Source of the DNA: a virus
Lineage: Duplodnaviria; Caudoviricetes
Virus record (IMG/VR): IMGVR_UViG_3300014656_000027
Location: 1,704 to 65,703 of that record
Direction: 5' to 3' (one strand)
Length of the DNA stretch: 64,000 nucleotides
Shown here: piece by piece, positions 63,934-64,000 of the stretch
How positions within the stretch are numbered: the stretch's first letter is position 1
Layout: every line of letters begins with the position of its first letter
Notes under the pieces: generated by a model
Seen by the model: only the letters and a program-made list of their open reading frames with translations
Told to the model about the DNA's origin: nothing
Database searches by the model: none
Translations under genes and position numbers: made by a program

Positions 63934-64000
63934 ATGTGGGATAAAACAGCAGATAGTGACGAGAAGGAAGTATCCTTAAGCGTCGACGATTTAATCTTAG
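63934..64000 (+). CDS. Start of next ORF (3'-partial)
   Basis: ATG TGG GAT... open to the window edge. Confidence 0.4.
   Translation, partial: MWDKTADSDEKEVSLSVDDLIL

Noticed and set aside
1-64000. Stop-codon reassignment as in some crAss-like phages
   Set aside because: Long genes are intact in code 11, and TAG, TGA and TAA all end well-defined genes.

Overview
64 kb of a large, AT-rich tailed dsDNA phage genome, standard genetic code, podovirus/crAss-type head and tail genes. The host is probably Bacteroidota (TAnnTTTG promoters, DUF3127 SSB). Left to right: tail stabiliser and three ejection/cargo proteins including a 3233-aa polyvalent protein (1-14.7 kb); lysis genes (14.7-16.2 kb); replication/recombination genes (primase-helicase, YqaJ, RusA, SSB, PolX, RecT) mixed with many small accessory genes (16.4-36.5 kb); an oppositely oriented early-type block and a non-coding, terminus-like region (36.5-42 kb); a small-RNA island and iteron-bearing ori candidate (44.6-46.1 kb); a Thr-rich protein plus glycosyl/methyltransferase cluster (46.7-49.7 kb); C5 DNA methylase, terminase, portal, scaffold, capsid and fibre genes (50-64 kb). 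Main findings: (1) three arrays of interlocking, integron-attC-like inverted repeats with GTT/AAC cores (21.35-22.36, 31.9-32.76, 33.45-34.95 kb) that bracket small genes and in several cases cut through them at an in-frame Val codon, suggesting a gene/domain-shuffling cassette system; (2) a primase-helicase fractured in its Walker A motif by a naturally split intein with an HNH gene between the halves; (3) a circularly permuted two-piece tmRNA behind an initiator-like tRNA-Met; (4) a mucin-like (TTTAAA)n FN3 protein coupled to a ppGalNAc-T-like glycosyltransferase, a GT-B enzyme and a methyltransferase. Everything was read by eye; no database search or folding program was run.
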